Positions 1-10,237 are shown, counted from the stretch's first letter. The stretch: DNA of 64,000 nucleotides from Candidatus Nezhaarchaeales archaeon (GCA_038887515.1 JAWAKK010000001.1:390205-454204), one strand, 5' to 3'. Notes: generated from the letters alone by a model not told the origin. Made by a program: numbers and translations.

Positions 1-1
1 C

Positions 2-208
2 AACTTAAAGCCGAGCATGAGGACTAGAGCTGCTCTAATAATCACCCACTTAGGGTACATCTTGAATTACGTTAAGGCTGATAGAGCCCACGTGCTCTTC
101 AATGGCAAGATAGCTTGCTCTGGAAAACCTAACGAGATACTGAAGCAGATAATGGAGCACGGATTTGAGAGGTGCCATGAATGCCTTCAGGAACAAGGAG
201 TCAAATAG
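2..208 (+). CDS. sufC: Fe-S cluster assembly ATPase SufC, C-terminal end (gene begins upstream of window)
   Basis: Frame is open from nt 2. Translation '...[47 protein letters not shown]' matches the SufC C-terminus. It overlaps the next gene in an ATGA-type junction. Confidence 0.7.
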   Translation, partial: NLKPSMRTRAALIITHLGYILNYVKADRAHVLFNGKIACSGKPNEILKQIMEHGFERCHECLQEQGVK

Positions 209-1401
209 AGCAATTAAAGAAGAAGGCTGAAGAAACTTTAACCAAACCCCCTGCTTTCGGGCCAGACTTAGACCTCTCCAAGTACAGGTATGAAGTCGAG
301 AAGCCGAAAGACTGGCTCACAGAAGATCTTATAGAAAGAGCTGAGACCGTTGGAATCGACTTACGCGAGAGGGAGAGATCAGGAACCTACCTACAGCTTG
401 ACCACTACTCAATAATCGAAAAGGCTACAGCAGGCGGCGTAGAAGTCATGAGCATAAGCAAGGCACTTGAAAGTTACGACTGGCTCCTCGACTACTACTG
501 GAAGGCACTAAGCGTCGACATGGACAAGTTCACAGCACTAGCAGAAGTTAAGAGAACTGAGGGTTACTTCATAAGGGCTAAAAAGGGGGTTAAGATAGAC
601 CTCCCAATACAAGCATGCTTATACTTGAAGACTCCAAGGATAGCTCAGAACGTTCACAACATAATAATCGTAGAAGAAGGAGCTGAGCTTCACGTAATAA
701 CTGGTTGCGTTACACCAAAGAAGGCTGAAGGGCTCCACGTAGGAGTTTCAGAGTTCTACGTTAAGAAGGGCGGTAAGCTGACCTTCACTATGATTCACGG
801 ATGGACTGAAGAAGTTGACGTAAGGCCGAGAACAGGTGTGATACTTGAAGATGATGCCTCTTACACCTCAATTTACGTAAACTTAAACCCTGTAAGGACG
901 TTTCAGATGATGCCTAAAGTGTACTTGGAGGGCAGGAATGCGAGGTGCTACTTAGCCTCAATAATAGCAGCCTCAAAGAGCTCCTATTTTGATGTAGGTG
1001 GAGCTACTTATTTAAGAGCCGAGAACACGAAGGCAGAGATAGTCTCAAAGACTGTGGCCAAAGATGAAGCTTACGTTGCTGCTCGGGGCTTCATCGTCGG
1101 CGAGAGGGATGGAGTTAAAGGACATTTAGAGTGTAGAGGGATGCTCCTTTCACCTAAATCAGTGATACTAGCTATTCCAGAACTTGAAGCTAGAGCTAGG
1201 GATGTAGAGTTATCACACGAAGCTGCTGTTGGAAAGATAGCGGAGGAGGAGATATACTACCTTATGGCTAGGGGCTTCAGTGAGGAAGAGGCAACCTCAA
1301 TAATAATAAGAGGCTTCATGAACGTGGATGTGAAAGGCTTACCGCCAGCACTTGCACTACAAATTAAGAAGGCCTTGGACATTAGCGCAAAGAGTCTCTA
1401 G
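181..1401 (+). CDS. sufB: SufB/SufD-family Fe-S cluster assembly protein (406 aa)
   Basis: Directly follows sufC. The C-terminal '[22 protein letters not shown]' is typical of the SufBD beta-helix family. Its length fits the short archaeal SufB/D. Confidence 0.8.
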   Translation: MPSGTRSQIEQLKKKAEETLTKPPAFGPDLDLSKYRYEVEKPKDWLTEDLIERAETVGIDLRERERSGTYLQLDHYSIIEKATAGGVEVMSISKALESYDWLLDYYWKALSVDMDKFTALAEVKRTEGYFIRAKKGVKIDLPIQACLYLKTPRIAQNVHNIIIVEEGAELHVITGCVTPKKAEGLHVGVSEFYVKKGGKLTFTMIHGWTEEVDVRPRTGVILEDDASYTSIYVNLNPVRTFQMMPKVYLEGRNARCYLASIIAASKSSYFDVGGATYLRAENTKAEIVSKTVAKDEAYVAARGFIVGERDGVKGHLECRGMLLSPKSVILAIPELEARARDVELSHEAAVGKIAEEEIYYLMARGFSEEEATSIIIRGFMNVDVKGLPPALALQIKKALDISAKSL

Positions 1402-2029
1402 ACATTTTCCTCCCCTCTATCATGGCCTGTGCGAGAAGAGTGTACGCCATCTTGGCAGCTCTCTCAGGCATATAGCAATTGGGAACAAGCCCCTTACCTA
1501 GTATTTCAAGTGCTTGCTCAAACTCTTGCATTCTAACGCCCAAAGGAAGAGTCCAAGCCACAATTATCGGCTTTCCATATCGCCTGCTAGATTCAACGAT
1601 TGCCCTCGAAATGTTGATGGGCGAAGGTGCATGGATTATTGGTGGTGAGATTATCATGTCTATATTAGGGTCTCGGCACATTATTTCAAGAGCCTCTCTA
1701 TACATGTCTATATTTTCAAGAATAGAACCCGTAGTATCTACAGGGTTCGTAACTGAAGCTATTGGTGGTAGAATTGCTTTCAACTTCTCAATGCTCTCCT
1801 TAGTCAGTGAGGGGACTTTAAGGCCATACCTTTCACAAGCTATGACAGCAGGTCCTCCTAGAACCGATATTATTCCAACCCTGTTGCCCTTTGGTCTTAA
1901 GGAGCAGGCAAGGGTCATGGAGAGCTCGTAGAGCTCCTCGAAACTTTCAGCCTGATCTTCAAAGGCCCCTCTGCAATATAGTGTCCGAGGAGGTTCTCGA
2001 TTTTCACTAGACGTTCCATTGACTTGCCC
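1382..2029 (-). pseudogene. C-terminal fragment of an NDP-forming acyl-CoA synthetase (succinyl-CoA-ligase-like flavodoxin domain); N-terminal ~300 codons absent
   Basis: The 178-aa ORF '...GKPIIVAWTLPLG...AQAMIEGRK' resembles only the C-terminal domain of ADP-forming acetyl-CoA synthetase alpha. The frame is open upstream to a stop at 2030-2032 with no further ATG. It is followed by about 300 nt of AT-rich non-coding DNA. Confidence 0.45.
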
Positions 2030-2335
2030 TCAAATGTAATCATCGAGACTTATATATTAAGGATATCCAAAGCCTTGAAAATTAATTTGATGACATAAGA
2101 ACGTTGTAAGCTCAAGAAGCGCTAAGCTCTTCTTTGGGACGTCGAGGCTCCGCATCGTAATAGCTTCTCAAGATAGCATCAATATAGTTGATGACAATTT
2201 ATGAAATGGATAGTCAAATGAATTCGATGTGGCATTTTGATGCTTAAAGGAAAGAGGAGTTGAAGCTTTAAGTGATTTGCGCATCAAGCTTCATTTAGAA
2301 GAAATTTTTAAACTTCCTTCGATTAGCCGCTCATC

Positions 2336-3523
2336 GTGTGGTGGCTAAGCTTCGTCCTTCACGAAGCAGGGTTTAACCTGCTGTTGATATTGCTGCCACT
2401 CTACGTGGTCTCCATTGGTGGATCGCTCACTGATGTAGGCATTATGTGTATGATAGGGCAGCTCGTAGCCATTCCAGCTTCAATGTTTTGGGGCTACATC
2501 TGCGATAAAGCGAGGAGTTACAAGCCCTTCATCATCTTATCCTTCTCATCCCTCTCAATAGCTATATACTCCTTAGTAGTGGTAACTAAAGTAAGTCATC
2601 TGATCTTCCTTTATGCTATATTATCAATATTTCATTCAGCTCACGGTCCTCCACGAAATGTGCTGATAGCAGAACTACACACATATGAAGAATGGAAAAG
2701 GAGCTTTGCAGTATTTGGAGGGTTCGCGGAGATCGGGCGGCTTATAGGATTGCTCATGGGCGCCTACATTTCATTTAGCGGGGCAAGTACCATCTCTCTG
2801 ATATCCTTATGTGGTAGCCTACACATAGCTGCCCTCCTCTTATCCATCATCCTTATTAGAGATCCCATTTTGATTCTAGAGCGCCGTTTAGTATACATAA
2901 AGAGGATGGTGGACTTAGTAGATAGAGGGACTTATGCTTTCTGTAAAGCTCTCGATGGGTTCTCTAGAGTTTGTAACCTTAAGGAGGTGAATGTAAAAGC
3001 TTTTTATGCTGGATTAACCTTCTTCCAAGCAGCATCAACCATGCTCTTCACTCCATTGCCTATATTTCTCTCACGTGAACTAGCCCTCCAACAAGGCCTA
3101 GTCTTCACTATATATACCTTAAACTCCTTGGGTGTTGTTCTAGGTTACTTACACCTAATTTATCGATCTAGCGAAAATGTTGAGAAGACCTCTTTGCTTA
3201 AAGTCGTGCTACTAAGAAGTGTAACGGTCTTCTTAATGTTCATTGCACTATCATCGACCTTTAATGTAGTGATAATTACAGCGTTGCTAACCCTGCTAGG
3301 CTATCTCTATGCGCTATTCTACGTCTATGTGTTGACTATTTCTATGGAGCTTTTACCTCCTAAGAAAGTGGGGTTAATTGACGCCATAATAAACCTGGGC
3401 TCGGTTTATGGAGCCTTTATTGGACAGCTTATAGCCGATAAGGTGGGCTTTAACTACGTGTTCCTATTGAGTGGGCTAACATTCTTCGCTTCATTCATAG
3501 CGTTTAAAGTCTTCAATAGATAG
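2336..3523 (+). CDS. MFS-type transporter, paralog A (GTG start)
   Basis: About 12 predicted TM helices. MFS loop motif 'GYICDKARSYK' lies between TM2 and TM3. It is about 80% identical to the ORF at 33824..35011. Confidence 0.6.
   Translation: MWWLSFVLHEAGFNLLLILLPLYVVSIGGSLTDVGIMCMIGQLVAIPASMFWGYICDKARSYKPFIILSFSSLSIAIYSLVVVTKVSHLIFLYAILSIFHSAHGPPRNVLIAELHTYEEWKRSFAVFGGFAEIGRLIGLLMGAYISFSGASTISLISLCGSLHIAALLLSIILIRDPILILERRLVYIKRMVDLVDRGTYAFCKALDGFSRVCNLKEVNVKAFYAGLTFFQAASTMLFTPLPIFLSRELALQQGLVFTIYTLNSLGVVLGYLHLIYRSSENVEKTSLLKVVLLRSVTVFLMFIALSSTFNVVIITALLTLLGYLYALFYVYVLTISMELLPPKKVGLIDAIINLGSVYGAFIGQLIADKVGFNYVFLLSGLTFFASFIAFKVFNR
2704..2786. repeat. 83-nt tract perfectly identical to 34193..34275 inside otherwise ~78%-identical paralogs
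   Basis: Found by direct comparison of the two MFS copies. Identity drops to about 75-80% immediately on both flanks. Confidence 0.8.
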
Positions 3524-3650
3524 TTGTTTGACCATAAAGCTACTAGCCTAGAAATATGTGTCTTTGATGTAAAATGCTGCTTTAAGAGAAGACCTGAGCA
3601 ACTCTAACTGTTCACACGGCAGTAAGCAACATTAATTAATGTACGCTTCC

Positions 3651-4751
3651 TCAAACTTCAAAATGCTTCGCAAGCACTTTAACTCTTGAGGCTTTAATTT
3701 GCACAAAAACCGTGGCTCCGGGTTTAACATTGAAATCGTCAAGATAATCCGGGTTAATCTCAGCTTTTAGGTTAACATTGCCTAAATCGACGTCAACCTT
3801 AACAACTGATCCTTCCATATACATGCCTTTTACCCTTCCCACCAAGATGTTGCATTGGCAGCCTTTCCACTTCGGCTTGACGATCTCCCTCGTAGGCGAT
3901 AAAATGATATCTTGAGGTTTTATGACAACTATAACATCTTTAACTTTTTCTGGGAAGTTTCCACAACCCTCAGCATTCAAGATAGTGTCTCCAACATCGA
4001 CAGAGACGCGTCCATCCTCGATTGAAATGACATGTCCATCAAGGACATTATAGCCTAAAAATTCTGCGATGAATTTTGAACTTGGATTTTCAAATATAGT
4101 CTCAATAGAGCCTACCTGCTCAATCCTTCCATCACTCATTATGGCTATTTTATCACCGACTGCTCTCGCTTCCAACAGGTCGTGAGTTGTATGTATGACT
4201 GAAGTGCCAAATTGACGGAAGACCTCCTTAAGCATACCGCAGATTTCTCTTCTAAAAACTTCTCTTGTAGGTGGGTCCAGCGCTGAGCACGGTTCATCTA
4301 ACAATAAAACGTCAGGTTTAGCTGCTAAGGCTCTCGCAATAGCCACCCTCTGTTTCTGCCCAGAACTCAGGGACTCGACACTTTTATTCATTAAATTCTC
4401 AATTTGAAGTAGGCGTACGATCCTTTGAAGATCATTTAATCCCATGCCCTTCGATTTCTTAAATGCAAGCTGAATATTCCGCTCAACAGTCATATTCGGG
4501 AACAACACGTAATCAGCTGGTACATACCCGACTCTCCTCTTTTCTGGTGGAAGATCCGTGACGTCAATTCCGTTAATTATTATCTTTCCGGAATCGATCT
4601 TCTGAAGACCGGCTATGCATTCAAGCAGCGTCGTCTTTCCACATCCATTGGGGCCCATTAACGTAAGAATTGTGCCGCACTGAACTTCAAAGCTAATATC
4701 TGTTAAGAAGAAGGAGCCTCGTTGTGCATGCAAATTTAAAACAGTTATCAT
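3651..4751 (-). CDS. ABC transporter ATP-binding protein with C-terminal TOBE/Mop domain (ModC/WtpC-like)
   Basis: Walker A 'GPNGCGKTT' and signature 'LSSGQKQRVAIARAL' are present. A roughly 130-aa C-terminal extension is typical of molybdate/tungstate/sulfate importer ATPases. Confidence 0.75.
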   Translation of the reverse strand: MITVLNLHAQRGSFFLTDISFEVQCGTILTLMGPNGCGKTTLLECIAGLQKIDSGKIIINGIDVTDLPPEKRRVGYVPADYVLFPNMTVERNIQLAFKKSKGMGLNDLQRIVRLLQIENLMNKSVESLSSGQKQRVAIARALAAKPDVLLLDEPCSALDPPTREVFRREICGMLKEVFRQFGTSVIHTTHDLLEARAVGDKIAIMSDGRIEQVGSIETIFENPSSKFIAEFLGYNVLDGHVISIEDGRVSVDVGDTILNAEGCGNFPEKVKDVIVVIKPQDIILSPTREIVKPKWKGCQCNILVGRVKGMYMEGSVVKVDVDLGNVNLKAEINPDYLDDFNVKPGATVFVQIKASRVKVLAKHFEV

Positions 4752-5554
4752 ATAGCGAGCCCCCCGTACAAGAGCTTTCTAGTAGCTATTAATGCTAGGC
4801 AAGCTGTGAAGAGGAGAATAAATGACAAAGCAGCCACATTTCCTAAGTCTGCTGCAACGAGATTAAGATAGAGCGCGATGGGTAAGGTTTCAGTCTTGAA
4901 TCTAGTAGCACCGGCAAGCATGAGTGTTGCGCCAAACTCTCCCAACGCTTTAGCCCAAGATATGAGGGCTGCTCCAAGAATGCATCGCTTAGCAGCTGGC
5001 AACGTTACATATAGGAAAGTCTCCAACTCCGTGTATCCAAATGTCCGAGCAACTCTTTCATAGCGAGCAGGTACTCCATCGAAAGTCTCTTTTAGGAGCT
5101 TTATTGTTAAAGCGCTTATTACAGCTAATTGGGCTACGATGATCCCCGGGACTTCGAAGACAATCCTTACAACACTTTCATTTATGAACATACCTAGAGG
5201 ATTTCTCGCGAAGAAAATAAGTAGCATAACTCCTAGTGCGACTGGAGGAACTGCTATAGGTACGTCTAGGAAGCCTTCAATCACGGTTTTCCCCCGAAAT
5301 TCGAGACGAGATAGAGCGTAAGCTACTGGAATGCCGATGACTAGAGAGATTAAAGTTGAACATGTAGCGGTAAAGATTGAGAGGGAGAGAGCGAACCTTA
5401 CTTCATCAGAGATAAAAGCATATGCGAGCTGCCAAGGATCAACAAAGATTGCTGGCGATGTAAAGACGCATAAGAAGAATATCAAAATGAGTATTAAGAA
5501 GGAGAACACTACGACTCTGAACACATTGGGCTTCATGCTACCCAAGCTCCTCAA
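4748..5554 (-). CDS. ABC transporter permease (ModB/WtpB-like)
   Basis: Six-TM permease with an EAA-like loop. It overlaps the ATPase by 4 nt. Confidence 0.75.
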   Translation of the reverse strand: MRSLGSMKPNVFRVVVFSFLILILIFFLCVFTSPAIFVDPWQLAYAFISDEVRFALSLSIFTATCSTLISLVIGIPVAYALSRLEFRGKTVIEGFLDVPIAVPPVALGVMLLIFFARNPLGMFINESVVRIVFEVPGIIVAQLAVISALTIKLLKETFDGVPARYERVARTFGYTELETFLYVTLPAAKRCILGAALISWAKALGEFGATLMLAGATRFKTETLPIALYLNLVAADLGNVAALSFILLFTACLALIATRKLLYGGLAI

Positions 5555-6401
5555 TTATTGCATTTGGAGCATAGGCTCTAGCTTCCTCTAATGTCGAGAA
5601 GTATCCATACTTTGCCCAAACGCCATGCATGTCCTGTGAAGTTAAGAAGTCTAGAAACTTCTCGGCAAGAACTTTATTTTTACTATATGTTGACACTGCT
5701 CCAGCTATGTAGCCTATCTTCAGGATCTTATTCGGTTCGATCCACACGATGTCAGTCTTCTCGGGGCTCCAATAATGGAAAACGTGCCACCCGATTACGG
5801 CATCCACAGTACCAATGTAGATTAGCTGAGCCGTCGCCTCGCAGCTAGCCGCGTAAACAGCAATATTCTTACTAACAGCTTCCCAAAGCCCATTTATCTC
5901 TAAAAGCTCCTTAGCGTAAAGACCGACACAAACAGATTTAGGATCAGCTATTCCAACATGGATTCCAGGTCTTGCAAGATCCTCAATTGACGTGATGTTC
6001 TTCGGATTTCCTTTCTGAACAATGATTGCTGGAACTAGATAAGCAAGTATTTTTGCTGGGTGCTCAGTAAGGTTAACAACATTCCTCTCATTTGCCAAAA
6101 TAAGATATTCTGGCGAACCCGGAATATAGACGTCGCCTGTTCTTGCAATTTCCATAGACGACAGCAAACTCCCTGAGCCACCAAGCTTCAACTCAACTTT
6201 AATGCCATACTTCGATTCAAAAATGCTAGCAGCTTCTCTATAAACGGGAGCGGCGGCTGCACCAGCGAATACGACGATCGATTGATCTGCTGGGTTGCTA
6301 CCATAGAACGTATAAATGACTACTCCAAGTGCAACTAATATGAGACCAATCAGAGAAGATATGTTCAAAAGTCTCAAATGAGACCTGCTTGGCTTCATCA
6401 A
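5538..6401 (-). CDS. Molybdate/tungstate-type periplasmic substrate-binding protein (ModA/WtpA family)
   Basis: N-terminal signal anchor. 'GGSGSLLSSMEIARTGDVYIPGS' is similar to the ModA 'GSSG...AD.F.SA' region. It is the first gene of the three-gene transporter operon. Confidence 0.65.
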   Translation of the reverse strand: MMKPSRSHLRLLNISSLIGLILVALGVVIYTFYGSNPADQSIVVFAGAAAAPVYREAASIFESKYGIKVELKLGGSGSLLSSMEIARTGDVYIPGSPEYLILANERNVVNLTEHPAKILAYLVPAIIVQKGNPKNITSIEDLARPGIHVGIADPKSVCVGLYAKELLEINGLWEAVSKNIAVYAASCEATAQLIYIGTVDAVIGWHVFHYWSPEKTDIVWIEPNKILKIGYIAGAVSTYSKNKVLAEKFLDFLTSQDMHGVWAKYGYFSTLEEARAYAPNAIIEELG

Positions 6402-6598
6402 TTATCGTCCTTTTATTGCTGGGAAGAGATGGTTATATCTTCAACCTTATAAGACCTACTGAAAACTAGTTTTAACTTTCTATAGTTAACAATTTAATTT
6501 AAATTCATAGTAATGGCGTAGAGCTTATGGTTTCTGGAGTAATGTTTATAAGCAAATTCATATCATTAGTGTTACGAACTGATAGTTAAGGTGTTACC

Positions 6599-7252
6599 AT
6601 GCATATACCAGATGGTTTTCTAGATTTTACCACAGCTACCTTAACATATCTCGTAACCATCGGCTATGGCTATGTAGCTTGGAGGAGGTTCAAGGTCTCC
6701 TTTGCTCCTGAAAGAGTATCGCTTCTAGTTATCCTCTCAGTAGCAATATTTGTGGCTCAAATGTTGAATTGGCCTTTACCTGGAGGTACTAGCCTGCACT
6801 TTGTTGGTGGAGCATTAGCTGGAATGCTGCTTGGCCCTTTACTTGGCTTCATATCGTTAGCGCTAGTTGTTGGCGTTCAATGCATCATCTTCCATGACGG
6901 TGGAGTAACTACGCTTGGAGCCAACCTCTTAAACATGGCGATAATCGCGGTACTAGTGGGTTACGCAACATTCAAGATTACCATCAAGCTCATAGGAAAT
7001 AAGCGAAGCTCAAGAGCTATAGGTGCATTTATAGGTGGATGGCTGAGTATCGTGCTAGCTGGTCTTGCGTGTGGTCTTGAGATAGGTTTGTCGCCGGCAT
7101 TTGGCTTTTACATTGACGTCACAGTCCCAGTAATGGTTGGGTGGCATGCGATATTAGGTGTAGTAGAGGGTGTGATAACTTCCCTCGTGGTTGACTTTAT
7201 CTACACGAGATTACCTATGGCGACCTATAAGGGTGAGGGGGTAAAAGCATGA
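6599..7252 (+). CDS. cbiM: Cobalt ECF transporter substrate-capture component CbiM
   Basis: N-terminus 'MHIPDGFL' is the characteristic CbiM start. It is a multi-TM protein. Confidence 0.8.
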   Translation: MHIPDGFLDFTTATLTYLVTIGYGYVAWRRFKVSFAPERVSLLVILSVAIFVAQMLNWPLPGGTSLHFVGGALAGMLLGPLLGFISLALVVGVQCIIFHDGGVTTLGANLLNMAIIAVLVGYATFKITIKLIGNKRSSRAIGAFIGGWLSIVLAGLACGLEIGLSPAFGFYIDVTVPVMVGWHAILGVVEGVITSLVVDFIYTRLPMATYKGEGVKA

Positions 7253-7560
7253 GCAACCTCATCAAGAGCAAGAAGGCTTGGACAACAATAATAGTACTAC
7301 TAATTCTAAGCCCAATATTTGGTGTAGTACTAGCTGATATCGTCGGCTATCATGAGCCTCTCGATCTAGCAGCTGAAGCTATAGGTCTTCGTGATGTGAG
7401 CGAGGAAATAACTTGGACTCCATTCTTCGACTACAACGTTCCTGGCTTGCCAGCTGAGATCGGCTACATCATTAGTGGAGCTATAGGGGTCATTGCTATC
7501 ACGATGATAGGTTATGGAATCTTAAAATTGGCTGAGAAGAGAGTGAGGAGAAAGGTGTAA
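7249..7560 (+). CDS. cbiN: Cobalt transport protein CbiN
   Basis: 103-aa two-TM protein in 4-nt overlap with cbiM. This matches the canonical cbiMN arrangement. Confidence 0.7.
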   Translation: MSNLIKSKKAWTTIIVLLILSPIFGVVLADIVGYHEPLDLAAEAIGLRDVSEEITWTPFFDYNVPGLPAEIGYIISGAIGVIAITMIGYGILKLAEKRVRRKV

Positions 7561-7563
7561 TCT

Positions 7564-8355
7564 TTGTCTAAGAGCCTCTTATCATCGTTTTTAAACGGCA
7601 TAGCCGATGTGTTGGAGGTCTTCTCGTTTGAGAGGAAAGAAGATGTAAAGCTCTTTGACGACAGATCTATTTCTATTTCACTCTTAACGCTAGCTATCGC
7701 TGTCTCTTTCTCTAAGACCGTATATTCACCTCTAATAGTGCTCTTACTAATAGCCATACTAGCAAGGCTATTCAAAGTAGATGTTAGATACACGCTGAAA
7801 GTAGCAAGCGTAGTGGCTATCTTTGTTATGGGAGTAACGCTCCCAATGGCTTTGTACCAAGCATACATCAGCTACGATGTTAAAGGAGGCTTACTCGCAA
7901 GCTTAATGCCAATAGCGAGCAGCGTCACCATCCCACTAATATTAAGAGCTGTTGCAGCAGCTACTGCCGTAACGCTTATGGTTCAATGCTTGGGGTTAAC
8001 AAGATTAATGAAGGTGCTTAGAAGTCTAAGGTTTCCTCCAAAGCTCCTCTTCGTATTAACGTTATACATTAGGTACATACCCATAATGCTAAGACGGTTA
8101 GTAAGATTATTTTCAGCTCGTGAAGCGCGTTTACTGAGCAAAAGTAAATCGAAGAATTCTTGGTTTATGCTGTCAACGGTAGCAGGGAGCTTACTCATAA
8201 TTGGGTTTGAAAAAGCTCTTAGATTACAAATGGCTCTTAAAGCCAGGGGACTCCACTATGATTTGATCCCAACATATTCAGGAAAAATTAGCTTACAGGA
8301 TTCAATATTCATGGCATTAATGCTTGGATTAGCTTTCATGTTGGTGTTGATGTGA
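7564..8355 (+). CDS. cbiQ: ECF transporter transmembrane (T) component CbiQ (TTG start)
   Basis: Polytopic protein positioned between cbiN and cbiO. Confidence 0.7.
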   Translation: MSKSLLSSFLNGIADVLEVFSFERKEDVKLFDDRSISISLLTLAIAVSFSKTVYSPLIVLLLIAILARLFKVDVRYTLKVASVVAIFVMGVTLPMALYQAYISYDVKGGLLASLMPIASSVTIPLILRAVAAATAVTLMVQCLGLTRLMKVLRSLRFPPKLLFVLTLYIRYIPIMLRRLVRLFSAREARLLSKSKSKNSWFMLSTVAGSLLIIGFEKALRLQMALKARGLHYDLIPTYSGKISLQDSIFMALMLGLAFMLVLM

Positions 8356-8356
8356 A

Positions 8357-9289
8357 ATGAGTGAAAATGAGCCCCTAAAGCCACTAATAGAGCTTGAGAA
8401 TGTGTCATACACATATCCTGATGGAACTTGCGCACTTAAGAAGATTAGCGTTAAAATACCAGAGAAGAGCATTATTGCGATAACAGGGGCTAATGGATCC
8501 GGTAAGAGCACCTTGCTTCTGATAATGGCCGGCTTATTAGATCCTCAAGAGGGCTGCGTTAGGTTTAGAGGCATAGACATGAAGAAGCTTGGACACAAAG
8601 TAAGGCGCGAAATAGGAGTAGTCTTTCAAGACCCCGATGATCAGCTCTTCGCACCAACAGTCTACGACGACATAGCCTTTGGCTTAAGGCTTCTGAAGTT
8701 AAGTGAGAAAGAAGTTAGAGCGCGCGTCTATGAGATAGCGCGCGAGCTGGGCATCGAGAACTTGCTGAATAGACCTCCACATAGGCTTAGTGGTGGCGAG
8801 AAGCGTAGAGTAGCTCTCGCCACAACTCTGATCTTAAATCCATCAGTACTACTCCTAGACGAACCCTTCTCAGACTTAACTCCTTACGCAGTCGAGTACT
8901 TAATGGACTTTATCATGAAGCTTAGAGGCTCTGGGAGGACCATAGTGTTCACGAGTCACGATATAGACATCGTCGCTGAGTTATCCGATTACGTCTACGT
9001 CTTAGCCAAAGGTCAGTTAATAGCTCAAGGAAAGCCTAACGAGGTTCTGTGCAACGATGAGCTGTTGAGCAAAGCCGAGATGAGACCTCCAACAGTGACG
9101 ATCATATATAGAGAGCTTATGGGCTATAGTGATAGATGTCCCATTAAGATGTCAGAACTTTTATCAATACTAAGAAGTAGAATCGTAGCCCCTCATTCGC
9201 ATGATGGTGTGGCATGCAATAAGTTTGCCTTAAGTGAGGAGAAAATCAGCTATCTAACAAAATCACCACAATATGATGGGAGTTTCTGA
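8357..9289 (+). CDS. cbiO: ECF transporter ATPase CbiO
   Basis: Walker A 'GANGSGKST', signature 'LSGGEKRRVALA', and the Q and H loops are present. Confidence 0.8.
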   Translation: MSENEPLKPLIELENVSYTYPDGTCALKKISVKIPEKSIIAITGANGSGKSTLLLIMAGLLDPQEGCVRFRGIDMKKLGHKVRREIGVVFQDPDDQLFAPTVYDDIAFGLRLLKLSEKEVRARVYEIARELGIENLLNRPPHRLSGGEKRRVALATTLILNPSVLLLDEPFSDLTPYAVEYLMDFIMKLRGSGRTIVFTSHDIDIVAELSDYVYVLAKGQLIAQGKPNEVLCNDELLSKAEMRPPTVTIIYRELMGYSDRCPIKMSELLSILRSRIVAPHSHDGVACNKFALSEEKISYLTKSPQYDGSF

Positions 9290-9514
9290 CGGCGATGACG
9301 ATCACCATGGCATAATGACATCAACATGCGATGAGAGGGCTGTAGATTATTAATGTCATAACCTAAATGATGAGATTCATCTCGTATTATCGTCACGTGA
9401 CTAAAGTCAACAGCTATGATAGGATAGGAGAAAGGCTACGGATGGATTATTCATCCAAAGTCTTTATAACTCTGAATTTAAGAGACAGCGAGGGGTGTCG
9501 GTGGTTTTTAGGAG

Positions 9515-9841
9515 ATGAAGGCTATCATTATAATCGGTGATGGAATGGCTGATCGACCGTTAGAGGAGCTCAACTTCATGACTCCATTGGAAGCTACTAG
9601 AGTAAACAACATGAACTGGCTTGCCTCAAATGGCATTTCAGGGCTTCTCTGTTCAACAGTTCCTGAAAGTGATGTAGCGAACTTAGCCGTCTTCGGCTAT
9701 GATCCCTCTAGCGTTTACACTGGTAGAGGGGGGTTCGAAGCTGTTGGAGCTGGAGTCCAACTTTTGGATGAAGATTTAGCTTTTAGATGCGACTTCGCCA
9801 CTATTCTTACAGCTCTATCAAGGAGCTCTACGAGGTTGTAG
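9515..9841 (+). pseudogene. apgM: N-terminal ~100-codon remnant of archaeal cofactor-independent phosphoglycerate mutase (ApgM)
   Basis: 'MKAIIIIGDGMADRP...TPLE...GISGLL.TVPE...SDVANLAVFGYDP...YTGRGGFEAVGAGV...AFRCDF' matches the ApgM N-terminus. The ORF stops after 108 aa, whereas the full protein is about 410 aa. Confidence 0.55.
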
Positions 9842-10182
9842 AACGTGTCCCTAAATATCCCGCATATCGTGACCACTACATCTATTCTAGGTCTACCGAG
9901 CTCTGAGAGAGGTATTACTTCGAGGTCCCTAATGTACAGGCCTCTCCAAACAGGTTTTACACCTAGAAGGTGGAATATTGCTGCTAGCGTCTCTCCACCG
10001 GTCTTCATGGTCTCAAAGGCCCATAAAACAACGCCAACGGCCTTCGGGTACCTCCCATTCTTCTGGTAGAACCTCTTAAGATATTCTTCAGCTATCTTCT
10101 TACCTCTCTCCTCCTTCTTGCAATCTTCACTACGCCTACTATCAAAAATGGTATCGCAATGGCGAACCAAACTGCTACCCAT
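9715..10182 (-). pseudogene. cobN: Internal fragment of cobaltochelatase CobN / Mg-chelatase H family
   Basis: 'YPKAVGVVLWAFETMKTGGETLAAIFHLLGVKPVW...LEVIPLSELGRPRIDVVVTICGIFRDTF' matches a conserved CobN block. The ORF is 155 aa, whereas CobN is over 1000 aa. It overlaps the apgM remnant. Confidence 0.55.
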
Positions 10183-10220
10183 AATGGAGAAAGAAAACCA
10201 TCCATTATATGCATAGGAAT

Positions 10221-10237
10221 CACTAGCTGGATAGATT
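10221..10237. promoter_or_regulatory. Perfect 7-bp inverted repeat CTGGATA-gat-TATCCAG in the intergenic region upstream of cbiC
   Basis: Read directly from the sequence. Candidate operator or hairpin. Confidence 0.3.

Noticed and set aside
1479-1931. Antisense or shadow ORFs inside well-supported genes (e.g. 1479..1931, 4878..5063, 5139..5591, 10772..11011, 11122..11496, 15409..15864, 28542..29968, 32164..32631, 41745..42227, 50764..51197, 57578..58110)
   Set aside because: Each overlaps a longer ORF with clear family motifs on the opposite strand or in another frame. They have biased low-complexity composition and no independent support.
9360-9475. Possible C/D-box sRNA (AUGAUGA at ~9368, CUGA at ~9468)
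   Set aside because: The boxes are about 100 nt apart, too far for a canonical archaeal C/D sRNA. No C'/D' pair with guide-length spacing was found.
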